From Azolla caroliniana (taxonomy: Eukaryota > Plantae > Polypodiophyta): a stretch of DNA of 64,000 nucleotides. The notes under the pieces are model-generated. The model was given only the letters and a program-made list of their open reading frames with translations, was not told the origin of the DNA and ran no database searches. The DNA lies in contig JBHGNT010000009.1 of assembly GCA_043228905.1 (NCBI GenBank), positions 9,114,001 to 9,178,000 of the forward strand. The letters run 5' to 3'. This document shows, one piece after another, positions 31,408 to 43,799 of the stretch; position 1 is the first letter of the stretch, and the number at the start of each line of letters is the position of its first letter. A program made the position numbers and the translations under genes.

Positions 31408-31841
31408 ATGTGCGGAAGCTAAAACAAAACGGCTAGTTTGGAAAATAGTAGAACATAGAACAAAGGTTTAATGGAAAGCTTGAATACATGGGAGAGATAG
31501 AGAGAGCAGAACAATAACTCTATTCAAAAGATAATACTCTATACATACAAATGTCCTACATAACACTTTTTATACAAGTCCTTAAAAGGACTGACAGAAG
31601 TACTGACATGTACTTCAATGCTCATACGAGCGATTGACACTAACTCCAAGGAATATGCATATGTACTAGGCTGGGACCGCAGGCTCCAACGACCTACCGA
31701 TTCTCCGGTTCGGCTCTAGGTTTCGGATACTGATATATCCGGACACCGATCCGGGTACTTATTCCGTTCTCCATTCCGGATACCGATCCAGCTCTGACTT
31801 ATTGAGCCGATATGGATCCACTTGAGCTTGCCCACTCAACA
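31408..31841 (-). repeat. Solo LTR (434 bp) with AGATA TSD
   Basis: AGATA at 31403-31407 and 31842-31846; minus strand reads TGTTGAGTGGGCAAGCTC...CCGCACAT. Confidence 0.8.
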
Positions 31842-32884
31842 AGATAAGCCTAGGGCCAAGAGATATGAAAGGTAGCTCAAACAATGTAATTTATTAAGGG
31901 AAAATGACACCATAAGTGGCGCCATGGAGGCGGTCTCGTTCGACGACACTCTCGGAGAGATGGAGAGGATAGTCGCTTCGGGCCTCAATGAAGACAAGGT
32001 AATTCCAATCAACTCAGTTGACATGTATACTGCCATAAAAGAGCTTGGGTTGTTGATCGAGAAAGCGAGGACGGTCGAGGTGCAAATGAAGGACAAGATC
32101 GTGGACAAGAAGGTGAAGCTTGTGGCTACCCCATTGCTTGACAATAGTTGGGATCCAATAAAGGGAGTAGCGGTGATCCTAACTTGCAGGATCCACGAGG
32201 CATAGGGCACCGGTTCACCAACGAGACGCGACAGAAGCTCCGGATCGGTGGGGGTGGCTTCCTATTGCCTAGGGAGGAAGAGAGATTTAGAAGGATGATC
32301 GAAGGCCACGGAAGGGCTTTCACCATCTCCCTGGGTGAGATAGGGTGTGTAAACCCTAAAATCGTGGAGCCAATGGTGATCTTTACAGTACTGCATATAC
32401 CATGGAACTTCAAACCAATCCTGTTTCCGAGAGCTCACATCCCGAAGTTGATTGAGCTACTCAAGAAAAAGATCGAGACGGGTATCCTTGAGCCGTCAAG
32501 CGCCTCGTACTCAAATCGGAGGTTCACTGGGCCGAAGAAGAACGACCTCTTGCGCTTCATCTAGGACCTGCAACCTGTTAATCAAGTGACAATTCGAAAT
32601 GTAGGGGTCGGGTCGAGCATTGAGGAATTCGCCAAGGCCTTCGTTGGAAGGTCTATTTACTCGATCGGTGATCTATACTCGGGGTATGATCAATTCTAAG
32701 TAGTCGTGGAGGGTAGGGACATCACGACGATGTGAACCACTATCGGTCTGGTGCGAATGTGTACCTTGCCACAAGGAGGGACTAACTCTGTAGCCCACAT
32801 GGTGAATGCAATGAACAAGGTGTTGAGAGATTGCATTCCGGACATCACCATGTCATTCCTTGATGACATCCCCATAAAAGAGTA

Positions 32885-32909
32885 ATCACGTTCGCGTTCA
32901 CAAGTGGAA
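32885..32909 (+). repeat. Left terminal inverted repeat
   Basis: ATCACGTTCGCGTTCACAAGTGGAA. Confidence 0.9.
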
Positions 32910-33929
32910 GGATTGCGCATTCCACTTGTAGAATCTTCTTAAAACGAAGCAAATACACCCTCTCTACAAAAATTGGATGCACTAGTATCACATGTTCCTC
33001 AACTTGATGAGAATTTGCAAATATAAAAATACATGATAGGTCTACGAGTGGAGATCATTAGAAATCATGCAAGTTTAGACGCGCTGATAAGTCAATGTAG
33101 GCATAATAAAGTTCAACAATGGCTCAATATGTCACTACTGTGCGACAAGGGAAACACTAACTTAAAGACTTATATTAATTAGGTAAGTTTTACAAAAATA
33201 TCAGGTGTACTTGTATCCATACTAATAAAATGAATTATAATTTATACTTTGACCCATATGTGCATGTATGTAATTGTGGAAAATGTAGGATAGTGCACAT
33301 TAGGATAAGTGATTGGAATAACTAACTTATTAAAGTATTCAATACTTGTATTTAAAGTTGATCTAATCTATTCCTCAGTTTGTTCATATGGGATCAAACC
33401 ATATGTATATAATTGTGGACAATGTAAGGCAGTGAACTTTAGGATAATGTCGTGGAAATAACAAACCTATTAGGCTTTCATACCTGTATTTAAAATTGAT
33501 CTACTCTATTGCTTAGGTGATTCACACAGGATCAAACTCCGAACGATAACGCAACTGGAACCATTATCAACACACTACACAATCTAACTAGCAATGGAAT
33601 AGAAACATAATAGTTTTAACAATAGAAGACAAAGATCCATAATAACAACATGGACAGTCATGGAAACAATTGTAGGGCCATGTTCCGTTAAGGTTAGCTT
33701 GGACCAAAATCAGCCTCAATTTAAACTAATTCATGTTTCTCCATAAATTTGGTAGTCAGCTATGCACGTGGTGAAACCAATGTCATAAATCTACTAACCA
33801 AGTATATAAAAATAAAATTGAAACATATAGAAGATTATAAAGAATAGAATCCACTAGGTAAAACCCAAAATTTGTATTAATAATGTGAAATCCTAACAAA
33901 TCATCAGTGTCATTTTCTTCATAGAGTCT

Positions 33930-35140
33930 ATTACATAGCAATCAATTCATCAACGTCATTTTCTTCATCATCTTGTGTAGAACTCTCTTCGGCTATACGT
34001 GCATTGGCTTCCCCTGTTAGCCGAGCCAACGAAAATCTTCTATAAGCTCATCATCAAGCTCTATTAGCTCCCCCGGTTCGCCGGCTAACGGAGGAATAAG
34101 CTCTCGCGAAGCAGGTTGAAACCTTTCTGTATTAGCGAGGTTCTTTGCACCGACCTCCTCATCCTAGTCTGGGCACTCCCACAAAGCCTTAATCCGCATA
34201 TTAATAAATATAACCTGGTCCTCGTCCTTCTCCAATGCAACTGTATTTCTAAAGAGCTTCTATGCACATGCAGACGTCATTCCTGTGATGTAAGTAACAA
34301 GAAGATTTAGTTGTCAAAAAAAAGAAGAAGGGATTGGTTATCTCAAGATCGTTACCCTAGTTTGAGGAATACCTATGCCAGAAAAGAGATCTAATATCCA
34401 ATCTCCTTCGATAGAAAACATCTCGATCAAGCGCATCATAAGTCGTTGAGGTTTTTGATATGGGTTGACAAGTCCCCGTTCTGTCATGGTGACATGTCGC
34501 AATTTCCGTGTCACTGCTGGATATACCAACAGATTTGAACCTCCCACTTCATTAGAATGCTCCTTGATTCTCTGTTTCTTAATTTCATCGAAGTAGCCAA
34601 CTGTGATGTATTCAATGGCATTAACGAACCAAAAAGTTGGCCCTCTATTTACATTGGTCTTGATCCTATAAAAAATAATACATCGAGTTAAGAATAGATT
34701 GAACAACCTTAAGAAATGCAATATAGTGAAAGACACCTATAAATAATCCTTACCATGCAAGGTTCTCGATGCCATGGCAACGAGATCTCAAAGCTTGAGG
34801 TAACGAGTACCCTTGGTCCATACTATGAAAGACAACTATTCGCCACAAGGATGCAGTCGTTAGCTCAGCGAAATCCTTGACCATCTTCTCCAATTGTTTA
34901 AACCTAAACAGTTCATCGTCGTATGATGACCCAGCCATTCGAAATCTGTAAGGAATATCCGCAATCATTAGCGTATATTCCTTCTTTGGCACCTTTTGGA
35001 TCAAGTCGACGACATCACCGCAAACCACATTGTAGTAAAGATCTCTCGTAATATCTTTTTTGTGGCTAAATTTTTTAAAGGAGCCATCTTCCTCCATTTC
35101 ATACGCCTTGACTAAGCGACGATCCTTTTCTTTTCTGGCT
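33930..35140 (-). pseudogene. C-terminal exons of the ParB-MTase gene: beta-class N6-adenine/N4-cytosine DNA methyltransferase domain (exons 35140-34754, 34665-34373, 34282-~33930)
   Basis: Spliced translation: VVCGDVVDLI...LMIADIPY...LAWIK...EYITVGY...NPYQKPQRLMMRLIEMFSIEGDWILDLFSGIGMTSACA*KLFRNTVALEKD. The catalytic D-x-P-Y motif precedes the SAM-binding FxGxG motif; the GT-AG introns are phase-compatible; the tail is acidic. Confidence 0.88.
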
Positions 35141-35529
35141 TGTTGTCTGCCTGGCCGGACTAGCCACAACACAGGTGTCTATCCGACACTTCTCCAAAGG
35201 GGTGGTAAGGATTGGATGCTAGGTTACACGCGTAAGATGATTACACTAAGCACAGACGGTAAAACAATACAAAGACAAAGATAAACACGCAATAAGTATA
35301 ATTGTATTACTTCCGTAAAGCATTTACAAATCATCGGATCCTTTTATAGGCATCCGGCAAGGTTACAATCGGTGCGCTTAGGCAACCAGCATCTGAATCG
35401 GTCCGGATCCGGATCGGTACAACTGTATTGGATCCGTCCCTCCGAATAATAAATATACTATTATTTACTTCCTATTATTCGATCTGACTCCGCCTTCCCA
35501 CTTGTCCTTGCTCTTCTGACCGGCCAACA
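35141..35529 (-). repeat. 3' LTR of the nested gypsy
   Basis: TGTTG...CAACA, near-identical to 45433-45821. Confidence 0.96.
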
Positions 35530-35599
35530 CATGGCACGCCCGTGGGAAAATGCCTTGCACTTCGAATCCACTCCCGGCCTCATTCTTCCTCCAAAATAT

Positions 35600-38499
35600 C
35601 GAGCAAACTCTGCTCGAAGGTGTCAAGTGGTGCCTCTTCCTCCAATTCCTGTTCCTTGCCTGCCTGGTCTCCGACCTCCGGTTGAGTTGGCTGTTCCGTA
35701 AAAATTTGCTGCTCCGGCTCTGCTTAATTCTGTGGTGCCGGTGCTTCCTCACCGCTCCGTCCGGGTTCTTCCTGTTCTTCCTCCGTTCCAGGCTCTGTTC
35801 TGTTACCAGTGTCGCTTTCTCCGGTCTCGACTGGTCGGTTCGGTGCGCCTTCTTCCTCTGCTCCGGTGTTTTCTGGTCTCAACTCTTCTTCTTCCCCGGC
35901 ATCGGTCTGCACCTGCTCTTCTTGATTTTCTTGGAACGGAAGTTCTTCTTCGGGTATTCCTTGTCGGGGTTGTTCGGTGTCGGTTGGTTCAGCTTCAGTC
36001 GGTCGCTCTTCCTCACTTATAGTGATTGGCATCGTTCTTCCCTCGGCTTCCTGTCATAACCGGTCCTGCTCGTATTTCTTCAACTCCAACTGAGTTGCGA
36101 GCTGCCCGTCATCCAACCTCTCTACCAACCCTCGGATTTCTTTGAGATGTTCTTCCGCTAAAGCGTAGAAATCCTCCGACAATTCTTCCCGAATGGCGAC
36201 AATACTTTCTTCATCCATCTTGTAGAACTTGTCACCGGTCTTCCTCCGATTCTCGGCATCAGCTCGGAGTGTCTGTAGCTCGGCTGCCTGTTGTGACCAC
36301 TCCTTCCATAGCTTTTCCGTACTTTCGTTGATGCTTGCCTGAGCTCGGGTACTCCAACATGACATGATGAGCTTGATCCGGTCAACCCCCGCTTTAGCAT
36401 GCGCATAAGCTTCTTGCTTTTCCTTCCTTGCCCGTTTTATAATGTCGGCCATTATCTGAGCCTGGGCTTCGTAATCCGCTTTCTGCTTTTCATAGGCACT
36501 TTGCAGTTTGTTGATCGTGAAGGTCGATCTTTCCTTTTCTTCATTCCTGATCTTGGTCAGATCCAGCTTTTCCCGCCTTAGCGCCTCTAATTCCTTCCTT
36601 CTCTCCGTCGCTTGTTACTTCCGCCGACAATGCTTCCTTTTTGGCACTGACCTCGTCCATTGTTTTAGCCAGGTCTAATCGGGTCTCCTTGAGCTGTTCT
36701 TTCAGCTTCTCTATTTGCCGGTCGTAGTCTGTTGCCCGTTTCTTGTTGTCCGACTCGGCCTGCTTGTGATCTTGGTAGAGTTGGTCGAAGTCCTCCGTCT
36801 TCTGCTTCAGGCGTCGGCTTACCTGAGCTCTTAACCGGTCGTCCTGGTCCTTCTGTTGTCGGAGTTCTTCCTGCAGTCGCTCTATCTCCTGCTCGGCCTG
36901 TCGACGCAGTCGGTCCTTCTCCTTTTGCAACTTTTCTTTTTCTTCTTGCAGTCGGTCATTAGTGGCTCGGCCTTTCCGGAGGCCTTCTTCCATTCTTTGT
37001 CTGTCGTCCTCCACCGCTTTCCGCTGCTCCCTTTCTTTTTCCCTTAATGCCTCCTGAGCTTTTAACTCCTCTCGCAAGGTTTCTATTATTTTTTCGGTCT
37101 CAGGGCCGGTTTGCAAGGCTACCGGTTCCGGTTCCGATTGTGGTTGCTTCCTTGTTGTCCCGACCGGCTCGGTAACAACTTGTGCTTGTTGAATTCCTCC
37201 CCTCGCCTGCAACAGCTCCCCTTGCAACTCCTGGATCTGTGTTCGGAGCGCGATCAACTCCTGGGTTGTTGTATGCGTCAGGTGTTGCCTACACGTTTCT
37301 TCTTCCTCTAACTGGTCCGCTACTCCCGATACCTACTCCGAAAGCCATCTCAGCCATTGTGGCTTTGTGCTTCCTGTGTCGGAGTAGCATTGCTCACTTC
37401 TACTCCTTAACTCAGGCTGTTTTTCCGGCCTTTTCTCTAGCTCCGGCGCTTGTTCATTCCTCTTCTCTGGAATGACCGGTTCTCTGAAGTCCGGCAAAAC
37501 CGGTTCCGGTACTGCTTCCCTCGGTGCGGGTTCTGGTACTGCTTCTGCCCCGGCTACTGGAGGTGGTCCTTGCGCTCTCTGCTGAGTTCTGTCAACTGGT
37601 GGAACCGGTCCTCCCGCCCGTCTCTCCTGACCTTGTCTTGCTGGGAGTCTTACCAGTGGTTCGGATGAGTCTTCTGCTTCAGCTTCCTCCTCCGGTGCGG
37701 CTACCCGACGGACCTTTTGTATAAAGTCCTCTGGTTCTGGTTCCGGCCGTCGCAGCGTTATATTGATTGGTTTGAGCGCTACCGGTTCTTCCTTGGCCGG
37801 TTTTCCTTTGCCTTTTCCTGCCGGTTATGCCTTTGTTGCCGGTTCCTGTTGCTGTCGGGATGGTCCTTCCTCCCGCTGTTCTGCTTCTTCCTGGGTCCAT
37901 CCGGGGGTGTGTTTCTCCAGGATCTGTCGGCGCTTTGTGACCTTTTTCGGCGTCGTCTCCTGCCGACCTCTTTTCTTTTGTTTGATGGGGAGCACCGGTG
38001 GGACTAACACCGTTAGCCATTGTGCTATCCCGGCCCATGGCTTTTTTCCTTCCACAAGGTTCTTGATGGCCTCCTTCAATCCTTCGGTTATGAAATGGAG
38101 CTAGTCCACTTGTAATCCTTCGTACGTTGCAATTAGGAACGCTGCCCGGTACCTGGCTATGGCCGGGGGACGAGAATTCACGAATCCATATTCCATCATG
38201 GCACGGGCCACTTCTCCGAACATCAGGTTCTCTCCGCCTTGTGTTCGGTACGCCTTGCTGCTGATGGAATACTCACCGAAATATTCGAACAGGATTTGAC
38301 TTGAAGGGTTTTCGATCGTTTGAAGTCCTCCTGCTTTTATCCCCGTGAGCGCCTGCACCGCTCCTTCCGTGACTTCTGATAAATCAATCGATGCTGCCGC
38401 CTGCTCCGGTTCTGCGTGTGGTGGAGCGTCGGCGATCCACAACAATCCTTCTAACCCGTTCTCTATCATCCATTGGCGTGCCTCTTCCGACAGTGCCAT
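35600..38499 (-). pseudogene. Extra sense-strand ORF of the gypsy (helical N-terminal domain, long coiled coil, acidic tail), disrupted
   Basis: MALSEEARQW...LQVD*LHFITEGLKEAIKNL continues in frame into 37825-38079; E/K/R/Q-rich coiled-coil segments at 36541-37257 and 36054-36452; TATA-like TATATAAG near 38640. Confidence 0.6.
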
Positions 38500-39034
38500 T
38501 GGTTCGGATTCTTCTTCTGCTGTCTGTTGTTCGGGATCGGGATGTGTGTGCGCTGTGCGTCGGATCGCTCTTCTGTGCTTCTGCGCCTGTGTGTACGAAA
38601 ATTCGTAAAAAGTAAGTCCTTCGCAGGCCTGTGTCTTATATAGTGGCTTTTGCCTCGAGCCGCCCTTTTTCGTTTCCCGCGCATGTCTATCTCCTGCCAT
38701 AATTAGCATGTCCTTTCTTGGTTGCCGCGTGTGCATATCTCCTGTCATTATTAGCAATTCTTGTCTTGATTGCCGCGCGTGCGTAATACCTCGTACGTCG
38801 GTGCCCACGTTCTACGCTTTAAATAGCAAGTACTCGCACATCCTCCTTTACTTCATGGCGCCTCTTCGTTGCATGGTGGCGCTCCCACCTCTTGTGATCT
38901 CCCCATCATCATTACTTTGATTTTTTTTTTTTTTTTTTTTTTTTTTGTTTGGACCATGTCATTTTCCGGTCCCGCCCGATTTGTTCAAGTCGGTTCGCGC
39001 TGATACCGGAATCTCCTTCTGTCGGTTTTCCCGG

Positions 39035-40112
39035 ATAGTCTTTGTCCGTATCTGTGACGGTTCTTCCTCGGTCTGGATTTCTGCAGTAGCGTCTATCGGT
39101 GTCGGTTCCTCATCGTGCTAGATTTCCGGGTCTTGCTTGAACGGGTTGGCTGGCATATTTCCCTTATACGGCTTTAGCCGAAACCCATTTGCCCACTTAC
39201 CGATGGCTTCTCCAGACAACGTGCCGAGCTGATACGACCCATTGTACTCCTTGGTGATCCAGAACGGTCCGGTCCACCGAAACCGCAACTTTCCCGGCAT
39301 GTTCCCCATCTGTGTCTGGAACAGTAGCACCGGTTTTCCGACTTCGAACTCCTTTTCGTTGCCACGCCGGTGTCGGTCCACGAAAGCTTTTCTCCTCCTT
39401 TGCTCCAGTTCGAGTTGTAGTAAGCTGGCTATTCGGTTTTCTTCTAATTCCAACAACGTCGCCAGCCGGATTCGTTCGGACTCCTTCTCACTTAAGCGCT
39501 CCTTTACCTGGATCCGTAAGCTGGGGATCTGGAACTCTACCGGCATGACTGCTTCTAAGCCGAATGCTAGTCAATAGTCTTTGTCCGTATCTGTGTCGGT
39601 TCTTCCTCGGTCTGGATTTCTGCAGTAGCGTCTATCGGTGTCGGTTCCTCATCGTGCTAGATTTCCGGGTCTTGCTTGAACGGGTTGGCTGGCATATTTC
39701 CCTTATACGGCTTTAGCCGAAACCCATTTGCCCACTTACCGATGACTTCTCCAGACAACGTGCCGAGCTGATACGACCCATTGTACTCCTTGGTGATCCA
39801 GAACGGTCCGGTCCACCGAAACCGCAACTTTCCCGGCATGTTCCCCATCCGTGTCTGGAACAGTAGCACCGGTTTTCCGACTTCGAACTCCTTTTCGTTG
39901 CCACGCCGGTGTCGGTCCACGAAAGCTTTTCTCCTCCTTTGCTCCAGTTCGAGTTGTAGTAAGCTGGCTATTCGGTTTTCTTCTAATTCCAACAACGTCG
40001 CCAGTCGGATTCGTTCGGACTCCTTCTCACTTAAGCGCTCCTTTACCTGGATCCGTAAGCTGGGGATCTGGAACTCTACCGGCATGACTGCTTCTAAGCC
40101 GAATGCTAGTCA
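39035..40112. repeat. 539-bp tandem duplication of the integrase C-terminus
   Basis: Copies at 39035-39573 and 39574-40112 encode near-identical 142-aa ORFs. Confidence 0.95.
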
Positions 40113-43100
40113 GAACGGGGTTGTCCGGATGCTGGTTTTGTACGTTGTTCGGTACGCCCATAGCGCGCTCTGCAATTTCGTATCCCAGTCGGTCCAGTTC
40201 TCGTTGACGATTTTTCGTAGGATGTTCTGCAAAGTTTTGTTCGTCGATTCCGCTAGTCCATTGGCTTGAGGGTAGTAGGGAGTACTCCTTTTATGTACCA
40301 CCGCGTAAAATGACGTCAGGCTTTCTACTACCTGCCCGAGAAAGTGTCCTCCTTGGTCACTTATAAGCTCGATCGGGCATCCATACCGGCACATCATGCA
40401 CTCGTACAGGAACTTGGCCGTGGATGCGGCCGTGTTGTGCTGTAAGGCCTTCGCTTCCACCCATTTGGTGCAATAGTCGGTCGCCGCTATGACATACCGA
40501 TTTCCGGTTCGCATTGCCGGTGGCTTGAAGGGACCGACAAAGTCCAAACCCCACTTTTGAAACGGTTCCAATGGCAAGACCGGGTGGTGTGGCATCCGGG
40601 CCTTCTCCGTGGGTTGGCCCAGTCGTTGACACAAATCGCATTCTCTGCTATACTTCACGGCATCTTTTAGGGTGGTGGGCCACCACAGTCCGCTCTGCCA
40701 TATTTTCCGAGCGGTTGCGTCGCCGGCATAATGCCCGCCGACAATTCCACAGTGGGCTTCCCTGAGGATTAGATCCTTCTCATCGCTCCGCACTGCTCGT
40801 CTCCAGATGCCATCTGCCCCCTTGTGATAGAGGGTGTCTCCAACCAAGCAGAAATGTCTGCTTCTTACTGCTACCCTTTTCCTTTCATCGCGGTCCATGT
40901 TCTCCGGGGGTACTCCGGTGCTCAGGAACTGATGCATCTCGGTTAGCCACTTGTCTTCATCGGCTACCGTTGCATCTGTTGCCGGTTCCGTCGTGATCCG
41001 GAACAACTCGGCGTCGGGGAACTCATCCTGTACGCCGTCCCCTGCTTCTCCGGATTCAAGTCTGCTTAGGTGGTCCGCTACCGCATGCTGCGCCCCGGGT
41101 TGGTAGAAAATGTCGAATTCAAATTCCTGTAACAGCAGTGTCCATCGTGCAATTTTTCCCGTCAGGGATGCCTTCGAGACTAGGTAGAGTAGTGCCGAAT
41201 GGTCGACATGGAAGGAAAACTTCCTTCCGAGCAGATAGTGCCTGTACTTTGTGACACTATACACCATTCCTAATGCCTCGCGTTCCGTCGTAGAGTAGTT
41301 CCGTTTGGCTTTTGAGAGTTTCCGGCTTGCGTAGTACACCGGCCGGTACCATTTCGGCTCCGTGAGTTGCATCAAAACGCTGCCGATTGCTACGTCCGAC
41401 GCGTCAACGAAGACGTGAAAGCTTTTACTCCAATCCGGTGGTTGCACCACCGGAGCTTGCGACAACATAACCTTCAGCGCTTGGTAGGCTTTCTCCTCCG
41501 TCTCCGCCCATAGGAAGGGTACCCTGTGTACGGCGGCATGCAATGGTGTAGCGAAGTCTGCGAGGTGCCGTATCATCCGGCTATGCCACCTTATTTGGCC
41601 CAGGAACCGGCTTAAAGCCTTTGCGTTATTTGGTGCCGGTGCCTCAAGAATCGCCTTTACTTTATCTGGATCTACCGCGATTCCTTCCTTACTCACTACG
41701 TGCCCTAGTAAGTTGCCACTTGCCACTCCAAAGACGCACTTGGCCGGGTTCAGACTCAACCGGTACTCGCGGCACTTCTCTAAGCACAGCCGGAGGTGAT
41801 CGAGATGCTCTCTGTGCCGGCTGTAGACCGCGAAATCGTCAAGGAAGACCTGCATAAAACCGGGGATATATTCCCCGAAAATTTCCATTATTATCCTTTG
41901 AAAGGTCGCTGGGGCCGTCTTTAGTCCGAACATCATCACGACTGTGACGAACACTCCCCATTCTGTAACGAACGTTGTCTTCTCCTGGTCGGCCGGGTTC
42001 ATTTGTATTTGGTTGTAACCGCTAAATCCATCCAGGAAGCTGTAAACTTCGTGGCCGGCTACTGCATCTAACACCCCGTTCGTAAATGGTAGTGGAAACG
42101 CATCGGTCACCGTTGCGGCATTTAGTTTCCGGTAGTCCACGCATACCCGGATTTTGCCGTTCTTTTTCGGGACCACCACTATCGGACTCAGCCAGGTTGC
42201 CTGCTTGACCGGTCAGATAAATCCGACCCGGAGGAGCTTATCAATCTCCTCCTTCACCTTCGCCGCATAATTCGGATTCATCTGGTACCTGCGTTGAGCG
42301 ATCGGTTTCGCGTCCGTACTTAGGTGAATTTGGTGCTGATAGAGCTGGGGGTCCAGCCCTCGCATGTCTTCGTACAACCACGCGAACACATCCTTGAAGT
42401 CTGTTAATAATGCTACCATTGCCTTCTTTTCTTCCTTCGGCAATTCCTTTGCGACATTTACCGGTCGGGGCTTGTCTGTTGTGCCGAGGTCCACCTCCTC
42501 TAGTTGGGATGCTTTTACCCTCTGGGATATCATCATCTCCCTCTCTAGGGATTCTTGTGCTTGTCGCAGTTCCCGGATCGCCGCTTGGTCCGGTTCGTCC
42601 GGCGTCGTGATGTACGGTTCTACTGCCGCCGTGATATCCACCTCAAATAGTGGGACGATTCATGGGTGTTCCTCGAGGTACCGATTGACTTCCTCGTCCG
42701 GTAATCCCTCCAACATGTTGATGTTTTCCGCATACAATGGAGTTGCTTCCTTACTGGCGATCACCCGTGGTTGCGTCACTACTCGTACCTTTGTTTTCCC
42801 TCGCCGGAATGTGATCATGTTCTTTTGCCAGTTCTGCTTGATATGCGTTGTTCGCAGCCATGGTCGTCCTAGCAGTAGGGGGTATGCGCCTTGTACATTC
42901 AGCTGCAGCACCACGGCCGATATTCGGAATACGTGGCCTCCGATCGTTACTTCCAAATCCCGGATAAGCTCGGTCGGTCGGACTGAGCTGGTATCCGCCA
43001 TCCGTAACTAGAAGGGGCATGGTTCCCATTCCCGGATGCCCAGGTTGTCGCATGTCCGTCAGCTGATGACATTTACCCCGGAGCCTCCGTCAATAATTGT

Positions 43101-43358
43101 TCTGGCAATTTCCTTTCCTTTCACGATTGTCGTGATCGCCGGGCTACTTGTATCGACCACAATTGGTCCTTCCTCCGGGTTGGAGAAGAATGCCGGTGCT
43201 GGCGTCGGCTTCGGTTTGCTCACGGATGCCTGTATGTCTGCCGTAAACCGTGGCACCAACTGTAGTAGCCGTGCTAACGGCAGCACGATTTGACAGTCCT
43301 GGAGCGCTTGCCACGTCGGGTTTTCTCTTGGCTGTATGATTTCTTCGTCTTTTGGCAT
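39657..43358 (-). pseudogene. Gypsy pol (PR, RT, RNase H, integrase) with a few in-frame stops
   Basis: IIDGGSGVN; RVCVDYRKLN, FLDGFSGYNQI, FLDDF; VDASD, YSTTEREAL; H...GGHY...CDLCQ, WGLDFVGP, SDQG, PQANGLAE; RWTGPF. Largest open piece is 40110-42179 (689 aa). Confidence 0.95.
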
Positions 43359-43799
43359 ATTTTGGTCTCTTACTTCTGCCGCATTCTGTTCATTGGCCTC
43401 CTTGATCCATTGCGCCGCTTGTTTTCTGATTGCCTCCTAGGCTTCCCACTCGGCGGTCTTCCCCTTTGATCGGGTTGTGACCTGTTGCACTTCCGTTATT
43501 TCGGGTGTAACCATGTTGACTGCCGGCTGCTTGTCATTGGTTTTGCTTGGGCATTGGTTACTATAATGGCCCTCCTTACAGCAGTAATAACAGTACACCT
43601 TGTGACTGTTGCTCGTTTCTCCTTTGTCCCCGGTTTGGGGGGTGGGTATACTTCGGCGGTCGTCTTCGGTTTTTCGGTTATCCGGTACCGATACCGGGTT
43701 GTCATTCCTTGCTGCCTCCCGACGTTCCTCTCTTCGGAAAAATCCACGCTTCTGATTCCGTCGGAAATTTCGGTTCCCTTGTCGCTTCTCTTCTCTGCG

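Noticed and set aside
33930-35140. Bacterial contamination or a restriction-modification system as the source of the MTase
   Set aside because: The gene has spliceosomal introns, is interrupted by a plant gypsy with a TSD, lies within TIRs, and has no adjacent endonuclease.
34750-35172. ORF starting MLWLVRPGRQQ as the true MTase N-terminus
   Set aside because: Those residues come from the LTR end (the same peptide starts ORF 44403-45464); the real upstream exon is at 45822-45906.
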